A stretch of 64,000 nucleotides of DNA, taken from the NCBI GenBank assembly GCA_051294375.1, contig CM119263.1:11509130-11573129 (forward strand). Direction: 5' to 3'. The DNA comes from Paraspadella gotoi. Taxonomy: Eukaryota > Animalia > Chaetognatha. The position numbers were made by a program, and so were the translations under genes. The notes under the pieces are model-generated. The model made no database searches and was not told the DNA's origin. It saw nothing but the letters and a program-made list of their open reading frames with translations. Of this stretch, positions 39,349-52,391 are shown one piece after another (the first letter of the stretch is position 1; each line of letters starts with the position of its first letter).

Positions 39349-42300
39349 ATTGAGATCGCGTGAAGCGTAAATAGAAGGGCGGGAGCGGAAATGAGATGGC
39401 GCGATGTGAGAAAAGGACTACGGTGGAATCGAGAGGGACGGATTGAGGACTTCCTAGCAGGCATAAAAAAAAATCTGCTCAGATCCAATTGTTTGTTAAT
39501 CATTTACATACGTAGCCGTACATACACTATACACACGTCAAGCCAATATCGAAACACTGTCCGACTCTGCAGAAAGAAACAGAGAAAGCGCAGAAAAAAG
39601 AAAAATATCTCGCAGGAGCGACAAAGTTTCCAGTTCGATTTTTCTTTAATTAAAAAAAAAAATCGAAGTTTATGTTTTTTGCTAAAAAACTCATCGATCA
39701 AGACGTTTTTGCGCTCTCTTTTAATGAGAGCGCCACTGGGCGAGAGGATGAGAGAGTGCGGGGAAGGGAAGGGGATCATCGTTTAGGGCAACGCGGAAAG
39801 AGGATGCCGTCGGTAGTACGAGTCAACAAATATCTTCTTTTTGACTAGGGTAACGGGGAGGAAAATGCAACAGCATGAGGTAAGGTTTGTAAACCCTTTC
39901 CGATTAAATTTAAATCCAGTGGCCATAATTCATCAACGCAATATGATCATCTGCGTCCAAGAACCTTGCCCATCCGAAATACTGGTTATCTAATACTGAG
40001 CAATAGAAATCTTGCCTCTCATCCTGTACCGGAAATCTTGATGCAAGCTGAGGTATTAATTTATTCGGAACCTCAAACGGATCATACTTGGAAAGAGAGA
40101 CTGTTTTCAACCCGCCTTTTAACTTGTTCAAGATCACTAACTTGCATCCCATAACACTCATAGCAGTGAACGATATTAAAACCCAACCGCCGAAATTCTT
40201 CAATCCCTCAGGACTTCCTCCCCAAACCTGTGTAGTCTGGCTACTCAAATGCCACCAATTATATTATAATTTTGGTTCCTACCATCAATGGCTAATATTC
40301 AATTTAGACACGAAACAGTAGGTTCTTAATATATGTTATAATCAATCCGTTTGCATGTTAATCATTGATCTAACTCCTCAATACTAACATACTACTCTGC
40401 TCTGCACTACATCGATGTCAATCGTGATGCAAATAAGAACGTCTCTCAATACTACTCTACTCATTGCTCTCTCTCCATCATTCATCTCTCTTGTCTCTCT
40501 CTACTCTCTCTCGTCTCTTAACTACTAACGTTCAACTTTCTGTTCTTCTTTCCACTTCAAATACTCTCTTCTCTACCTTGCACACTTTTCCTGTTCGTCA
40601 CTTGCTCCCTCCCTCCATTCATTCTGTGGTGATTTATTTTCTATTCCTTTTTTCTTTCAAACCCATCTAAACATTATTTTGACTTTTATTTTTCTTATAC
40701 ATTCATACCAACATAATTACTTCTCTACTCGTTCTCTTCTTCCGTCAATGATGTTCGATAATTTCAGACTCGAAGAATGCTAAATCGGCAAATCCAAAGT
40801 CTCATAATTTTTAATTTATTTAATTAAAAAGAAGACAGCAACCATTCTATTAAACTGTAGATGACAAAGTAAGAAAAGAAAAAAAAAAAAAATTACCAAA
40901 TAGAAAATAAGAAGAAAGACCAACAGGAGGCTGCGATTAGTACCATTTTGTACCTCCCAAACCCTGACCATCTCTTTTTTTGCTGGGTCCTCCATTGGTC
41001 ACACACGCTCTCTATTTCCTCATCGCTGCTCTTTGCCCCAAACTCCCTAACTATGAAAAATAAGTGACAATGTCTAAAATTAGTAATAATTATCTACTTG
41101 GGTTAGAATATAACACGAGTCGGGCAGTAACATGCAACGTGATCGACCTAACGCTCGCAACAGAACCAAAGCTTTTTCTCCCCTAATTCATTAGAAATTT
41201 ACCACCTAATTGTATTTACACAGAAATTTCTATATCTCAGTGACAGAGAAAGTGACGAGAGAGCGATTTTAAGAAACGAAGCCGAAATTTAGTGACATTC
41301 GAAAAAAATCGTTTGGAAAAAAATTTCGCAGGCTTTTTGTTGGCCAAACTCGTAAAACGTTCAAAGGGCAAGAACTGCCCTTTATCAACTAATCTCTAAT
41401 CTCCTCTCGTTTATATGCTCCTCTTTCGCTAAGTCTGATTCTCGATTCGTTCAATTGGAATTATCCCAAGACTTGATGACAAAGGTTCGACAATTAAGCG
41501 ATAAAGAACAAAATTAAGTGCAATGCGCTAATAAATTACATTGTAACGAAAAAAAAATTAAAATAGAGAGAAAAGACGAGAAAATGAGCGAGAAATGACA
41601 AAGAGAGAGAGAGCAGAGAAGAGAAAGAAGAAGAGAGAGAGAGAGAAGAAAAAGGAGAGAGAGTAAAAGAGAGAGAGTCAACAAGAAGCACCAGAGGAGA
41701 AAATAGTATTCAAGACATATAATACGAATAGAGAGAGGTAAGATATTTCCTCAATCTAAAGGAAAGATGATTGCGAGACGTCCCCATTCTCTTTTATGCA
41801 TCCTTACCCATTCTTTCTTTGCCCCCCTACTTGCCGTCCGTCACCGAATCGGTATAGCGCCTACGCTCTTTTTGTAGCTCGCTCATGCTAACCGCGCGAA
41901 TGTGGTTCGCTTCGCCCTCAGTGGGCATGACTCCTTTCTTTCTGTCGCGCGCCGGTGTCCAGGCGTGGGCCTCTAACGCCATTTTTGCTGCGGGTCGCGC
42001 ACCTCCTCCTCTACTAATAGACCTCAAGAGCTGTTTGGCCAAGCTCAGGGATTTCGGGTGTAGAAAAACCCTTTCCACTTTGCGATGTTTTTTGCCTCTG
42101 CGTCTCCGCTTGGTGCATCACAAGTATTTCCTTTATTTGGTCATGCCGACGAGAGACACACGGCCAAGACTCGCGCGTGAACATAGTTGCAACAGAATAT
42201 TATTCTGACATCTGCGTGTACATTTGGCCCACGAGATTCGAGCGGGACAGAATAAGCGATGTGGTAATATCGTCAGATACTCGCGAGATTTTCTCTATCT

Positions 42301-43903
42301 TTCCTATTCCTTTGCCTCTCATCTTCTATGTTGGCAAACTGTCTCGAGCACCTCGGAAGGATTCAGGTATCCTGGCGCCCAGTCTAAAATCGAGTACTTG
42401 ATACGCCCGAGGCGGTATTTCATTTTTAGTATGTGTGTTCCTTCTTATCCTTCTAAAGTCTAGCATGTTGTCAAATTATTTTTTTTGTTTTAATATAATC
42501 ACAAGGCATCAACACCCACTGCAAATGAGTAAAATGCTGTCTCTTCTTTGTGCCATCTCTCTTCATCTCCTCTCTTACTCAAATTACTTCAATGCGCGGG
42601 TATTTACCTGACTTGACCTGTGACTGTATCGTTCCGTATCGTCCCGAATCTTGCAATCACCCAAGCTTGCCAATGTAAATGAGTCGCATCTCTTACCAAT
42701 TCCCAATTGTTCTAAAAGTTGAACAGGATCAACACATAACGATCAATACTTGACTTAATATCACTAATTTACTCCTACATATTCTTCACCATTTCTTCTC
42801 TCACACGATAATCCTCAGGTGGCCCTCGTCTTTCTATCTCCTCATCCGTCTTGCTGCCTTTGAAATCAACTGGTACACAAAACGAAAGTTATACTTGCAG
42901 CCAACGCAGCATACTGGCGCAAAAACCCACCATGCAGCTGATATAAAAGAGACAAAAACGACGTCACCCCAAACCAATTCGTACTGCCCCTTATCCCTCT
43001 CCCCCCCCCACTTAACGAGCTGGGTCCATCCGAGATGTGAATCTAAGATCGAAATTTCGGACTGAGGTGAATCTAGAATCAATTGAAGCAATCGCGTGAA
43101 TTACTCTCCCGACCACCGAAAATCGCTCCATCCGACTTTGTCCACGTCCCGGTTCGCGCCTTCCAGCCCTATGCACCACGCCCACTTCCAGCGGGTTCGA
43201 GCCTCCGCACGCCGGCAAGTGCCGCGGCAGGCTAGACATAATGGACTCACGCCCCTACGAGTGATGGTTCCATTCGAAGTCGCGAGTCCCACTACAACAG
43301 CGTGAGACTAACTCCGCGCGAAAGCTATCTGTCGCGTGCTGCCAACGTGGCGACCGACGGCCCCGGTCACCGAAGGAGAGACGAGAGAGAAGAAGAGAGA
43401 GAGAAGAGAAGAGAGAAGGAAAAAGAGAGAAGAGAAGAAGAGAATAGAGAAGAAAGAAGAGAGATAGGAAAGCAAGACGTCGGGAGGAAAATAACGATTT
43501 CCATTTCACTTTAATGTCTCTTCATCATGTCTGTCGCTGTGTCTGAGAGAAGCCCTTTTCTATGGTAATTTACAGTGTATCCGTGAGAAGAATCAAGTAC
43601 TACTGCAACTCGTCAAATGTACCATGTATTATTGTATTATCTAATAATTTATAATTGAATTTTCTCACTTTTCATAGTAATTTTGATTTTTGAAAAAACG
43701 GCAACGTTAAATCTCGAAATTACTCTATTCGTATGAATAAATCATTATCTTCCCTGATCCGATTGGCGCGATTGCGTTGCAGGCCCTTTTCGCGCCTGCG
43801 ACACAGACTTGTTTTTCTATATTCATTTTCCCACTAATCGGATTCACGTCGCCCCCCAGTCAGTGCATATAATTATCTCTCATTCCCCTACTGCTCCGTC
43901 TCT

Positions 43904-43953
<50 letters not shown>

Positions 43954-44200
43954 GCTCTCTCCTCTCATCTTCCTCCCGGTGATGGCAACGGCGCCAATAC
44001 GGGTCGCCCGCCCAGACTGACCCATCGAGTTCACTGTGATTCACGTGACGCGTCGAGTCAGCTGGCGCCCTGAGCACCGTATGGTTCAAAAAGGGGGGCG
44101 CTTTGAGGGGGAGGCTTCAGACAAACAAACGATAACAAACTCGCCTGATAAGGAAGAGGAGATTCGTAGATGGTTACAACGTGGGAGATAGGCCGCCTTA
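39349..44200 (-). other. Very noisy, insertion-rich inverted copy of ~48830-52210; probable raw long-read insert
   Basis: 39349-39880 matches the reverse complement of 51680-52210, 41250-41600 matches 48150-48440/50650-50920, and 43850-44200 matches 48830-49140. It starts at the 25-N gap 39324-39348. Confidence 0.8.
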
Positions 44201-44389
44201 AGATGAGAGTGATGAGAGAGAGAGGAGATGAAGAGAGAGAGAGAGAGACGATGAGAGAGAGAGAGAGAGAGATAGAGAGAGAGGAGAGAGAGAGAGCAGA
44301 GAGAGAGAGAGAGAGAGAGAGTGGAAAGAGAAGAAGGCTGAGGTGGCTGTCTACAGAACAAGGCCCTGAAAGCTAAAACAATTTGCACT

Positions 44390-46340
44390 TGACCCTGGGG
44401 CGGCACCTAGCGGGCGGCCCCAGGGGGCAGACTATTCCAGCGGGGAACAAGCAAACATGGTCATTGAGGCGGGCGCCCCTCTGGATTAGCCTCAGGGGGC
44501 CGCCCCCAGGGGGGTTCCCCCTGGGGCCAAACATTTTTGGTCTATTAGGGGCCCCCTAATGCTTAGCCCCCTGGGGCCAAACAAGTCTGCCCCTGGGGGT
44601 AACCCCTTGGGAGAGCAAAAAACTGCTCCCCCAGCGAGTTAAAGAGCAGAGCAAAGTTTAGAGAGAAAATAAACTTCCTACTTTATTACTATCTTGAACA
44701 ATATTTCTCCCGTCTGTTACTCTCTCTTTCTCTCTCTCTTTTTCTTTTTCTCTCTCTCTTTTTCTCTCTCTCTCTTTTTTCTCATTCTCTCTTTCTTTTT
44801 TTTTCTCTTTCTCTTTTTTTCTCCTCTCTCTTCTAAGACTGTTTTATATAAACTGAATTAAAATATATATTCTTTATTTCAAATTATTGTTAACTCATTT
44901 ATTCCATATGTTTATCTAATAGTGTAAATAATTTACTTATTTTTTAACCAATTATTTATTTCAGTTTAAAAGCATATTAGAAACAAGTTTTAACAAACAA
45001 TGTAGGACGTAGCCCACAAAAAATTAGGTGCGTTAAAAAGCTAATCAGTCTATTTGTCTTCTTTTTTTTGTCTTTTTTTTTTCTTCTTTTTCTTAATCTT
45101 TTTTTCTTCTTTTTTGTTGGATGGAATAATACTGCATAGACTGATAGAAAAAGACATAAATTTTTTTTTTAAAAAATATTTTCATTAATTTGACTGTTTA
45201 AAAAGAAATTAAATAAATCACAAATCAAATAATGGGCAGTGACTGACAGAAAAGTGTCAAGCTGAAAGTGATTTTAATGGAAAACAAAAGTTACTCTTTA
45301 CTGAAACATTATTAAAAACATTTTTTGCACTCTTTTTCTCTCTTTCTTTTTATTGTCTCATTGGATAAAATTATTAATTAGCTATTTGTTTTAAGTTGCA
45401 TTTGTTGACCAAATTAAATTAATTTGAACAAAATTATCCAAGTGTCCAAATTAATCTAAGTTGACCAAATTATGCAAGTTGCACCAAATTATGGACTGGT
45501 TGACTAAAGTAAGCAAAATTAACAATTTTATACCAGTTGACCAATTTATGCCAGTGACAAATCTATGTAATTGACCACTATTATGCAAGTTGACCAAATA
45601 TTGCGCAGTTGTTGAATTAATTGCAAACATTTATAAATTATGAAAGTTTTACCAAATATAAAAGTTTACCAAATTATGAAAGTTTACCCAAATTATTAAA
45701 GTTTATCAAAATTATTTTAAAGTTTACCAAATTTATGAAGGTTAACCAAATTAAGCAAGGGTAACTAAATTTTAAAAAATTTACCAAATTATTAAGTTTA
45801 CCAAATTATAAAAGTTTACCAAATTTTTTAAAAAGTTTGATTAAATTATATCAGTTTACTAATTTATGTCAGTTGACCAAAATTTATGTCATTTTGACTA
45901 AATTGATCCAAGGGTGACCAAATCATGCAAGTTTGGTATTGGTGCAGCTATTGGTCATTGATATTTGATTAATTAAAGTGAAAAATATTATTTTTATTTT
46001 ATATTTTTTTGTAATGAAAGATGAAAATAGGAAAATAGATAAAGAAAGAGAGAGACAGAGGGAGAGAAAAGAGAGAGTAGAGGGAGAGAGAGATAGGAGG
46101 GAGAGAGAAGCCGTCCAGGGGCAGAAAAATCATCCCCTGGGCGGGTAGCCCCAGGGGGAAAGGTTTTTTCTAAGCCCCCAGCGGGCGATTTCCCCCGCCG
46201 AGTGGCCCCTTGGGGCTCCAAAAAAGAGCGCTTTACAGGGGCCGCCCCTAGGCCGGTAAGGCATTTGCCTGCCCCTCGGTGGGCCGCCCGCGGAGCCACC
46301 CGCGGCGGCCGCCCCCAGCCACCCCCGCCCCCGCGGGGAA
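44390..46340. mobile_element. Putative non-autonomous DNA element: GC-rich ends full of CCCCWGGGG palindromes around an AT-rich, CpG-poor core
   Basis: Motif clusters at 44390-44635 and 46110-46340 are loosely inverted relative to each other. The core has almost no CG and carries a minisatellite. No ORF, and exact termini and target duplication were not found. Confidence 0.45.
45404..45932. repeat. 18-bp minisatellite (TGACCAAATTATGCAAGT / TTACCAAATTATGAAAGT), ~25-30 degenerate units
   Basis: Repeated units are directly visible, with two subtypes arranged in blocks. Confidence 0.9.
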
Positions 46341-46653
46341 GCGATTCTGAAGGATGCATACTTGGGAATTCGACTGCTCTTATAAATTTCAAGTCGGGAA
46401 AGTATTTAACTTTCTCATTTCATTTATAATAAACGGCCACAAAAAAAAAACACTTCAAGACCCAAATATTTTCAATCGAAATAGGGTATTAAAAGACAAC
46501 ATACAACCACTTTAAACAAACAGCTTTTTGCTATATTATGTGATAAAAAATTATCTGAATTAATCTCTCTCTCTTTCTCTCCTTTCGCTCTTTCTCACTC
46601 ACTCCACTTCTCTCTCTCTCTCTCTCTCATCTTCTCCCTCTCTCTCTCTCTCT

Positions 46654-46696
<43 letters not shown>

Positions 46697-46728
46697 CTCG
46701 TCAGAGGTACATTTTGCGTCATCTCTTC

Positions 46729-49072
46729 CGCGGGCGAAAGGCTGCAGCAATCGCCAATCGGTCAGGGAAGATTAATGTTTATTCATCACGAATATCGAAT
46801 TTCGAGATTTAACGTCCGTTTTCAAAAAGAAATACTATAAAAGGAGAAGATAATTATCAATAATATAATAATAAAAAAAATGGTCATTGAGATTGCGTTA
46901 AATTCTTCTCGCAATAGTAAATTACCATAGAAAAGGCTTCTCTCAGACACAGCGACAACATGAATGAAGACATTAAATGAAATGAAATCGTTATTTCCTC
47001 CCGACGGTCCGCGGCGACAGAAGCTTTCGCCGTTGTCTCCCTTGATGGACTCCGACTGAAAACATATGTAGCCGTATCAGCTGCTGCCGCCGCTGCGGAC
47101 GGTGAATCCGCTGCGAACGTGGCTGCTGCAACGGCGGAGGCGGCGACCACGTGGACAAAGTCGATGACCATCGATGGTCGAATTAATTCCGATGCCTTTT
47201 GTTTGTTCCTCGTCGAATTTCGTCTGATCCATTGGATGACCCGTGAATGGGGGGGAGGGGAAGGCAGTCGTTTTTAGGTCGTCGTTTGTTTTTATATCGC
47301 TGCAGTTTTTGCGCAGTTGCTGCGTTGGCTCAAGTTTTCGTTTTTTTACGTTTCAACGAAAAAAGGAGATAAAACGCCCTAATTTTCTGTAACAATGTGT
47401 ATTTATTACTATTTAATCAATTTTCTTATTTGTCCTTTCAACTTTTAAAAATGATTTTAAACTCGCTCATTTACTTTCACTTTTCAGATTCGTCATCGCC
47501 GTCATCATCATCATCATCCCCATGAAGTATTTATAGAAGGAGAGAAAAGTCACAAAAAAACCCTTTTCTCTTTCTTTATCTGTGATATAAAAAAAAAAAA
47601 ATTTTTGCAACTCTAGAATTTAACAAAAAGAGGACACTACTAAAAAGAATAACCGCCTCGGCGACAAATCGCTCTACTAATCCTTCCGAATCTCAATTTG
47701 AAAATAGAAGATGAGAGGAAAGGAATGAAAATAAAATCTCGGCGTCTGACGTTTACCATCGCTTCGCCGTCGTCTTGGCCATGTCACGCCATGTCACGTT
47801 ATCTTCGCCATGTCACGCCGTCTTCTTTCCTCTCGTCGCATGAAAAAAAAACTTTGAATGCATCGACGACGAGAGGAAAAAAAATCGATAAAATTTTAAC
47901 GAAATCCACTTTGCTCGACCGAGTGAGAGGGAGTGGGAGAGAGGGAGAGCGAGACCGCGCGAGAGAGAGAGAGTCCGAATCGAAACACGCGTTAGCATGA
48001 GCGCTCAACGGGAGGCCACGATTTGACGGACGGATAGGAAAAAAAGGGTAAGGATGCATCTCTCTCTCTCTCTCTCTTCTCGTCTCTTTCTCTCTCTCGT
48101 CTTCTCTTCTCTCTCTCTTTCTCCTCTCTTCTCTTCTCTCTTCTCATTCTCTCTCTCTATTTTATTTTTTTCGTTACAATGTATAACGCATTCACTTAAA
48201 TTGTTCTTATGTTAAGCGAACCCTTTTGTCATCAGTCTTGGGACTAATTCCAATTGAACGAACGAGAATCAGACTTAGCGAAAGAGGGAGATATAAACAG
48301 AGAGATAGAGATAGAGATAAAGGGAGTTTCCCTTTGAACGTTTACGAGTTGGGCAACAAAAGCCTCGAATTCCAACGATTTTTTTCGAGTCACTAACGGC
48401 TTCGTCTTAAAATCGCCTCTGGTCATTTTGTCACTGACAATAAAAATCGGAACAAAGGGAACAGAAATGGGGGAAAAAGCTTTGGCGTGGCGAGGCGAGG
48501 CGATCGTGGCGCGCTCGGCGACACCCAGAGAATTTCATTGAATTGTCCTTCAGGGGGGGGGCGAGAGCGAGAGGAAATGAGAGCGTTTGAGGGAGAAAAA
48601 GAGAGGCTGGGGACATAGACTTGTTTTCTTTATTCTCATTAATTTTTTTTTTTACTTTCCATCTCATTAAAAGAAGGGCGCTTTTAAAATAAAAAAAATC
48701 GAACTTTTCCTTCTTCTTCAAGTCGAAAATTTCAACTCGAAGAGAGAGAGAGAGAGAAANNNNNNNNNNNNNNNNNNNNNNNNNTTCTCCCGTTCTTCAG
48801 CGCGCGCCTATCTCCCAAAGCCTCCACATCACGTATGTAATCATACGAATCTCCTCTGCATTTCCAGGCCGGAGGTTTGTTATCGTTTGTTTGTCTGAAC
48901 CGTCCCCCTCAACGCCCCCCTTTTGACCATACGGTTGTCGAGGGCGCCAGATGATCGACCGCGGTCACCGTTGACATCCACGTTCTTGATTCTCGATGGT
49001 CAGTATGGGCGACCGTATTGGCGCCGTTGCACGAGAGAAGAGCGAGAGAGGAGAACGACTCGAGACACCTCC

Positions 49073-49103
<31 letters not shown>

Positions 49104-51250
49104 CGAGAAAAGATCGATAATTATATCGGCGTGCAAATCGAATGGAAACTGATATATAAAAAAAAAAAATTGCGCGGCGTGCGAAAGGGCGCTGCAGCGA
49201 ATCGCGCCCAATCGGTCAGGAGAAGATTAATGTTTATTCATCACGAATACTCGAAATTTCGAGATTTAACGTCCGTTTCACAAAACGAAATTCTTATAAG
49301 AAAAGGAGAAGATAATTTAAAATATAATAATAAAATAATGCGTCATTGAATTGCATTAAATTCTTGCTCGCAATAGTAATTACCATAGAAAAGGGCTTCT
49401 CTCCAGACACAGCGGACAACATGAAATTGAAGACATTAAATGAAATTGAAATCGTTTATTCTCCCGACGGTCGGCGACTAGAAGCTTTCGCCGTTGTTCT
49501 CCCTTGATGGACTCCGACTGAAAACATATTTAGCGTACTAGTGTGCCGCGCGTCTGCGGCATCGGTGAATCCGCTTATGGCGAAGTGGCACTGCTTGCAA
49601 CGGCGGAGGCGGCCGACCAGTGCAGACAAGTCGATGGACCACGACGAATGGTCGAATAAATCCATGCCTTCCTTGTTTTTCCTCGTCGAATCTTCGTCTG
49701 GATCCATTGGATGACCCGTGAATGGGGGAGGGGAGGCAGTTCTTTTTAGGTCGTCGTTTTGTTTTTATCGCTGCAGTATTTTGCGCAGTTGCTGCGTTGG
49801 CTCCATTTGTTTTTTTTACGTCTTCAACGAAAAAAAGGAGATTAATACGCCCTAATTTTTCTTAAAAAACCAATTTGGTTTGTTTTTAAATCTTTTATTA
49901 CTATTTAATCAATATTTCTATTGTCTTTCAACTTTTACAAAATGATTTAACACTGCTCAATTTACTTTCACTTTTCAGTATTCGTCATCGCCGTTCATCA
50001 TCATCACTCATCCCATGCGTATTTATAGAAGGAGCAGAAAGTCACCAAAAAACCCTTTTCATCTTTCTTTATCTGTGATATAAATACAAAAAACAATTTT
50101 GCACTCTAGATTTACACCAAAAGGGACAACTACTAAAAAAGAAAACCGCCTCGGCGACAAAGCGCTCCTACTAACAACTCCTCGAAGTCTCACATTGAGG
50201 GGTAAATCGAGATGAGAGGAAAGAGATGAATACAAAATCTCGGCGTCTGGGACGTTTCAATCGCTGTCGCCGTCGTCTTGGCATGTCCGCCATGACGTTA
50301 TCTTCCAGCCATCGTCACGCGGTCTTTTCTTTCCTCCTCCTGTCGCATGTAAAAAAAAAACTTTTGAATCATCGACCATGACGAGAGGAAACAAGCTCGT
50401 AATTTATATCGAATCCACTTGCCGACGACGTGAAAGGGAGTGGGTAGCAGGGAGAGCGAGACCGCGCGAGAGAGAGAGAGTCCGAAGCGAAACACGCCCT
50501 AGCATGAGCGCTCAGGAGGAGGCACGATTTGACGGAGTAGAAAAAGGGTTAAGGATGCACTCTCTCTCTCTCTCTCTTCTCGTCTCTTTCTCTCTCTCGT
50601 CTTCTCTTCTCTCTCTCTTTCTCCTCTCTTCTCTTCTCTCTTCTCATTCTCTCTCTCTATTTTATTTTTTTTCGTTAATGTATAACGCATTCACTTAAAT
50701 TGTTCTTTGTTAGCTGACCCTTTTGTCATCGTCTTGGGACTAACTTCAATTGAACGAACCGAGAATCAGACGTAGCGAAGAGGGAGATATAAAACAGGAG
50801 ATAGAGATAGAGATAAAGGGAGTTCCATTTGAACGTTTACGAGGGGCATACAAAGGCCTCGAATTCCAACGCTTTTTTTCGAGTCACTGAACGCTCGGTC
50901 TTAAAATCCCTCTGTTCATTTTGTCCCTGACCAATACAAATCGGAACAAGGGAACAGAATATGGGGGAAAAAGCTTTTGGCGTGGCGAGGCGAGAGCGAT
51001 CGTGGCGCGCTCTGGCGACACCCAGAGAAGTTCATTGATTGTCCTTCAGGCATGAGGGGGGGGCGAGAGTAGCGGAGGAAATTGAGGAGCGTTGAAAGGG
51101 AGATAAAGAAGAGGCTGGGAGACATAGACTGTTTCTTTATTACTCATTAATTTTTTTTTACTTTCCATCTCATTAAAAGAAGGGCGCTTTTAAATAAAAA
51201 ATCGAACTTTTCCTTTCTTCTTCAAGTCGAAAATTCTCAACTCGAAGAGA
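46729..51250. other. Direct duplication (46729-48759 vs 49173-51250) across a 25-N gap; probable assembly artefact
   Basis: Colinear copies differ almost only by 1-2 bp indels. The junction is the 25-N gap at 48760-48784. Confidence 0.85.
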
Positions 51251-51401
51251 GGAAGAGAGGAAAGGCCCGGATGGGTGAGAGATGAAAGTGGGAGAGAGAA
51301 GAGAGAGAGGAGGGAGAGAAGAGGACGGACGAGGAGGGGGGCGCGGGGGGGAGAGAGAGAGATGAGGAGAGAGGGAGGAGGAGAAGAGAGAGGAGAGAGA
51401 A

Positions 51402-51436
<35 letters not shown>

Positions 51437-52192
51437 GAAATGCACGGATGAAAAACAAAAGAACCCGTTCGCAATTAAAACCATGAGAGTAATTATGCGG
51501 AGCGAACTGGGGAGGAAGTTGGGGTGAAGAATTTCCGGTGGGTTTTAATTCGCACTGTTGGGTTTGAAAGTGTTGACAAGAGGGTGAAGTCTCTCTTTCC
51601 AAGTAAGTGATCCGTTTGAGGTTCGATAAAAATCCGCATAGACCAAGAGAGGGAATTAGTAAGATGTCGGAGTCGGGTGTCAACTTACCCCATCGTGTTG
51701 CATTTTCCTCCCCGTTACCCTGTCAAAAAGAAGATATTTTAGTTGACTCGTACTACCGACGGCATCCCTCTTCCCCTTCCCCTAAAGATGATCCCCTTCC
51801 CTTCCCCCACTCTCTCATCCCTCTCGCCCAGTGGCGCCTCTCATTAAAAAGAGAGCGAAAACGTCTTGATCGATGAGTTTTTAGCAAAAAACATAAACTT
51901 CGATTTTTTTTTTAATTAAAGAGAAAAATCGAAACTGAAAACTTTGTCGCTCCTCGAGATTTTTTCTTTTTTTCTGCGCTTCTCTGTTCTTTGCAGAAGT
52001 CGACAGTTTCGATATTGGCTTGACTGTGTATAGTGTATGTACGGCTACGTATGTAAATTGAATTAACAAACAATTGGATCTGACAATTTTTTTTTATGCC
52101 TCTAGGAAATCCTCATCCGTCCCTCTCGCTTCCACCGAGTCCTTTTCCACATCCGCCGATCTCATTTCCGCTCCCGCCCTTCTATTTACGCT

Positions 52193-52391
52193 TCCACCGA
52201 TCTGAATTCCACTTCTACTGATCTCACTTTCATTTCCATCGATCTCATATTCACTACCATTAATTTCATTTACGCTTCCACCGATCTCAGTTCCGCTTCC
52301 ACCCATTTCATCTTCGCTTCTACCGATCTCAGTTCCGCTTCCACCCATCTCATATTCGCTTCTACCGATCTCAGTTCCGCTTCCACCGATC
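52193..52391 (+). repeat. Degenerate 21-bp tandem repeat (~9 units, CCACCGATCTCAGTTCCGCTT-like) directly upstream of the ATG at 52392
   Basis: Units are visible directly. It reads PISVPLP/PISYSLL in the downstream CDS frame, with one TGA at 52203. A candidate acceptor TTTTTATGCCTCTAG ends at 52105. Confidence 0.85.

Noticed and set aside
45404-45932. CRISPR-like array
   Set aside because: Units are contiguous with no unique spacers, there are no cas genes, and the context is eukaryotic.
47000-47230. Ala-rich exon-like island upstream of the main gene
   Set aside because: It is open on both strands, has no convincing splice pair, and the frame is not preserved between the duplicate copies.
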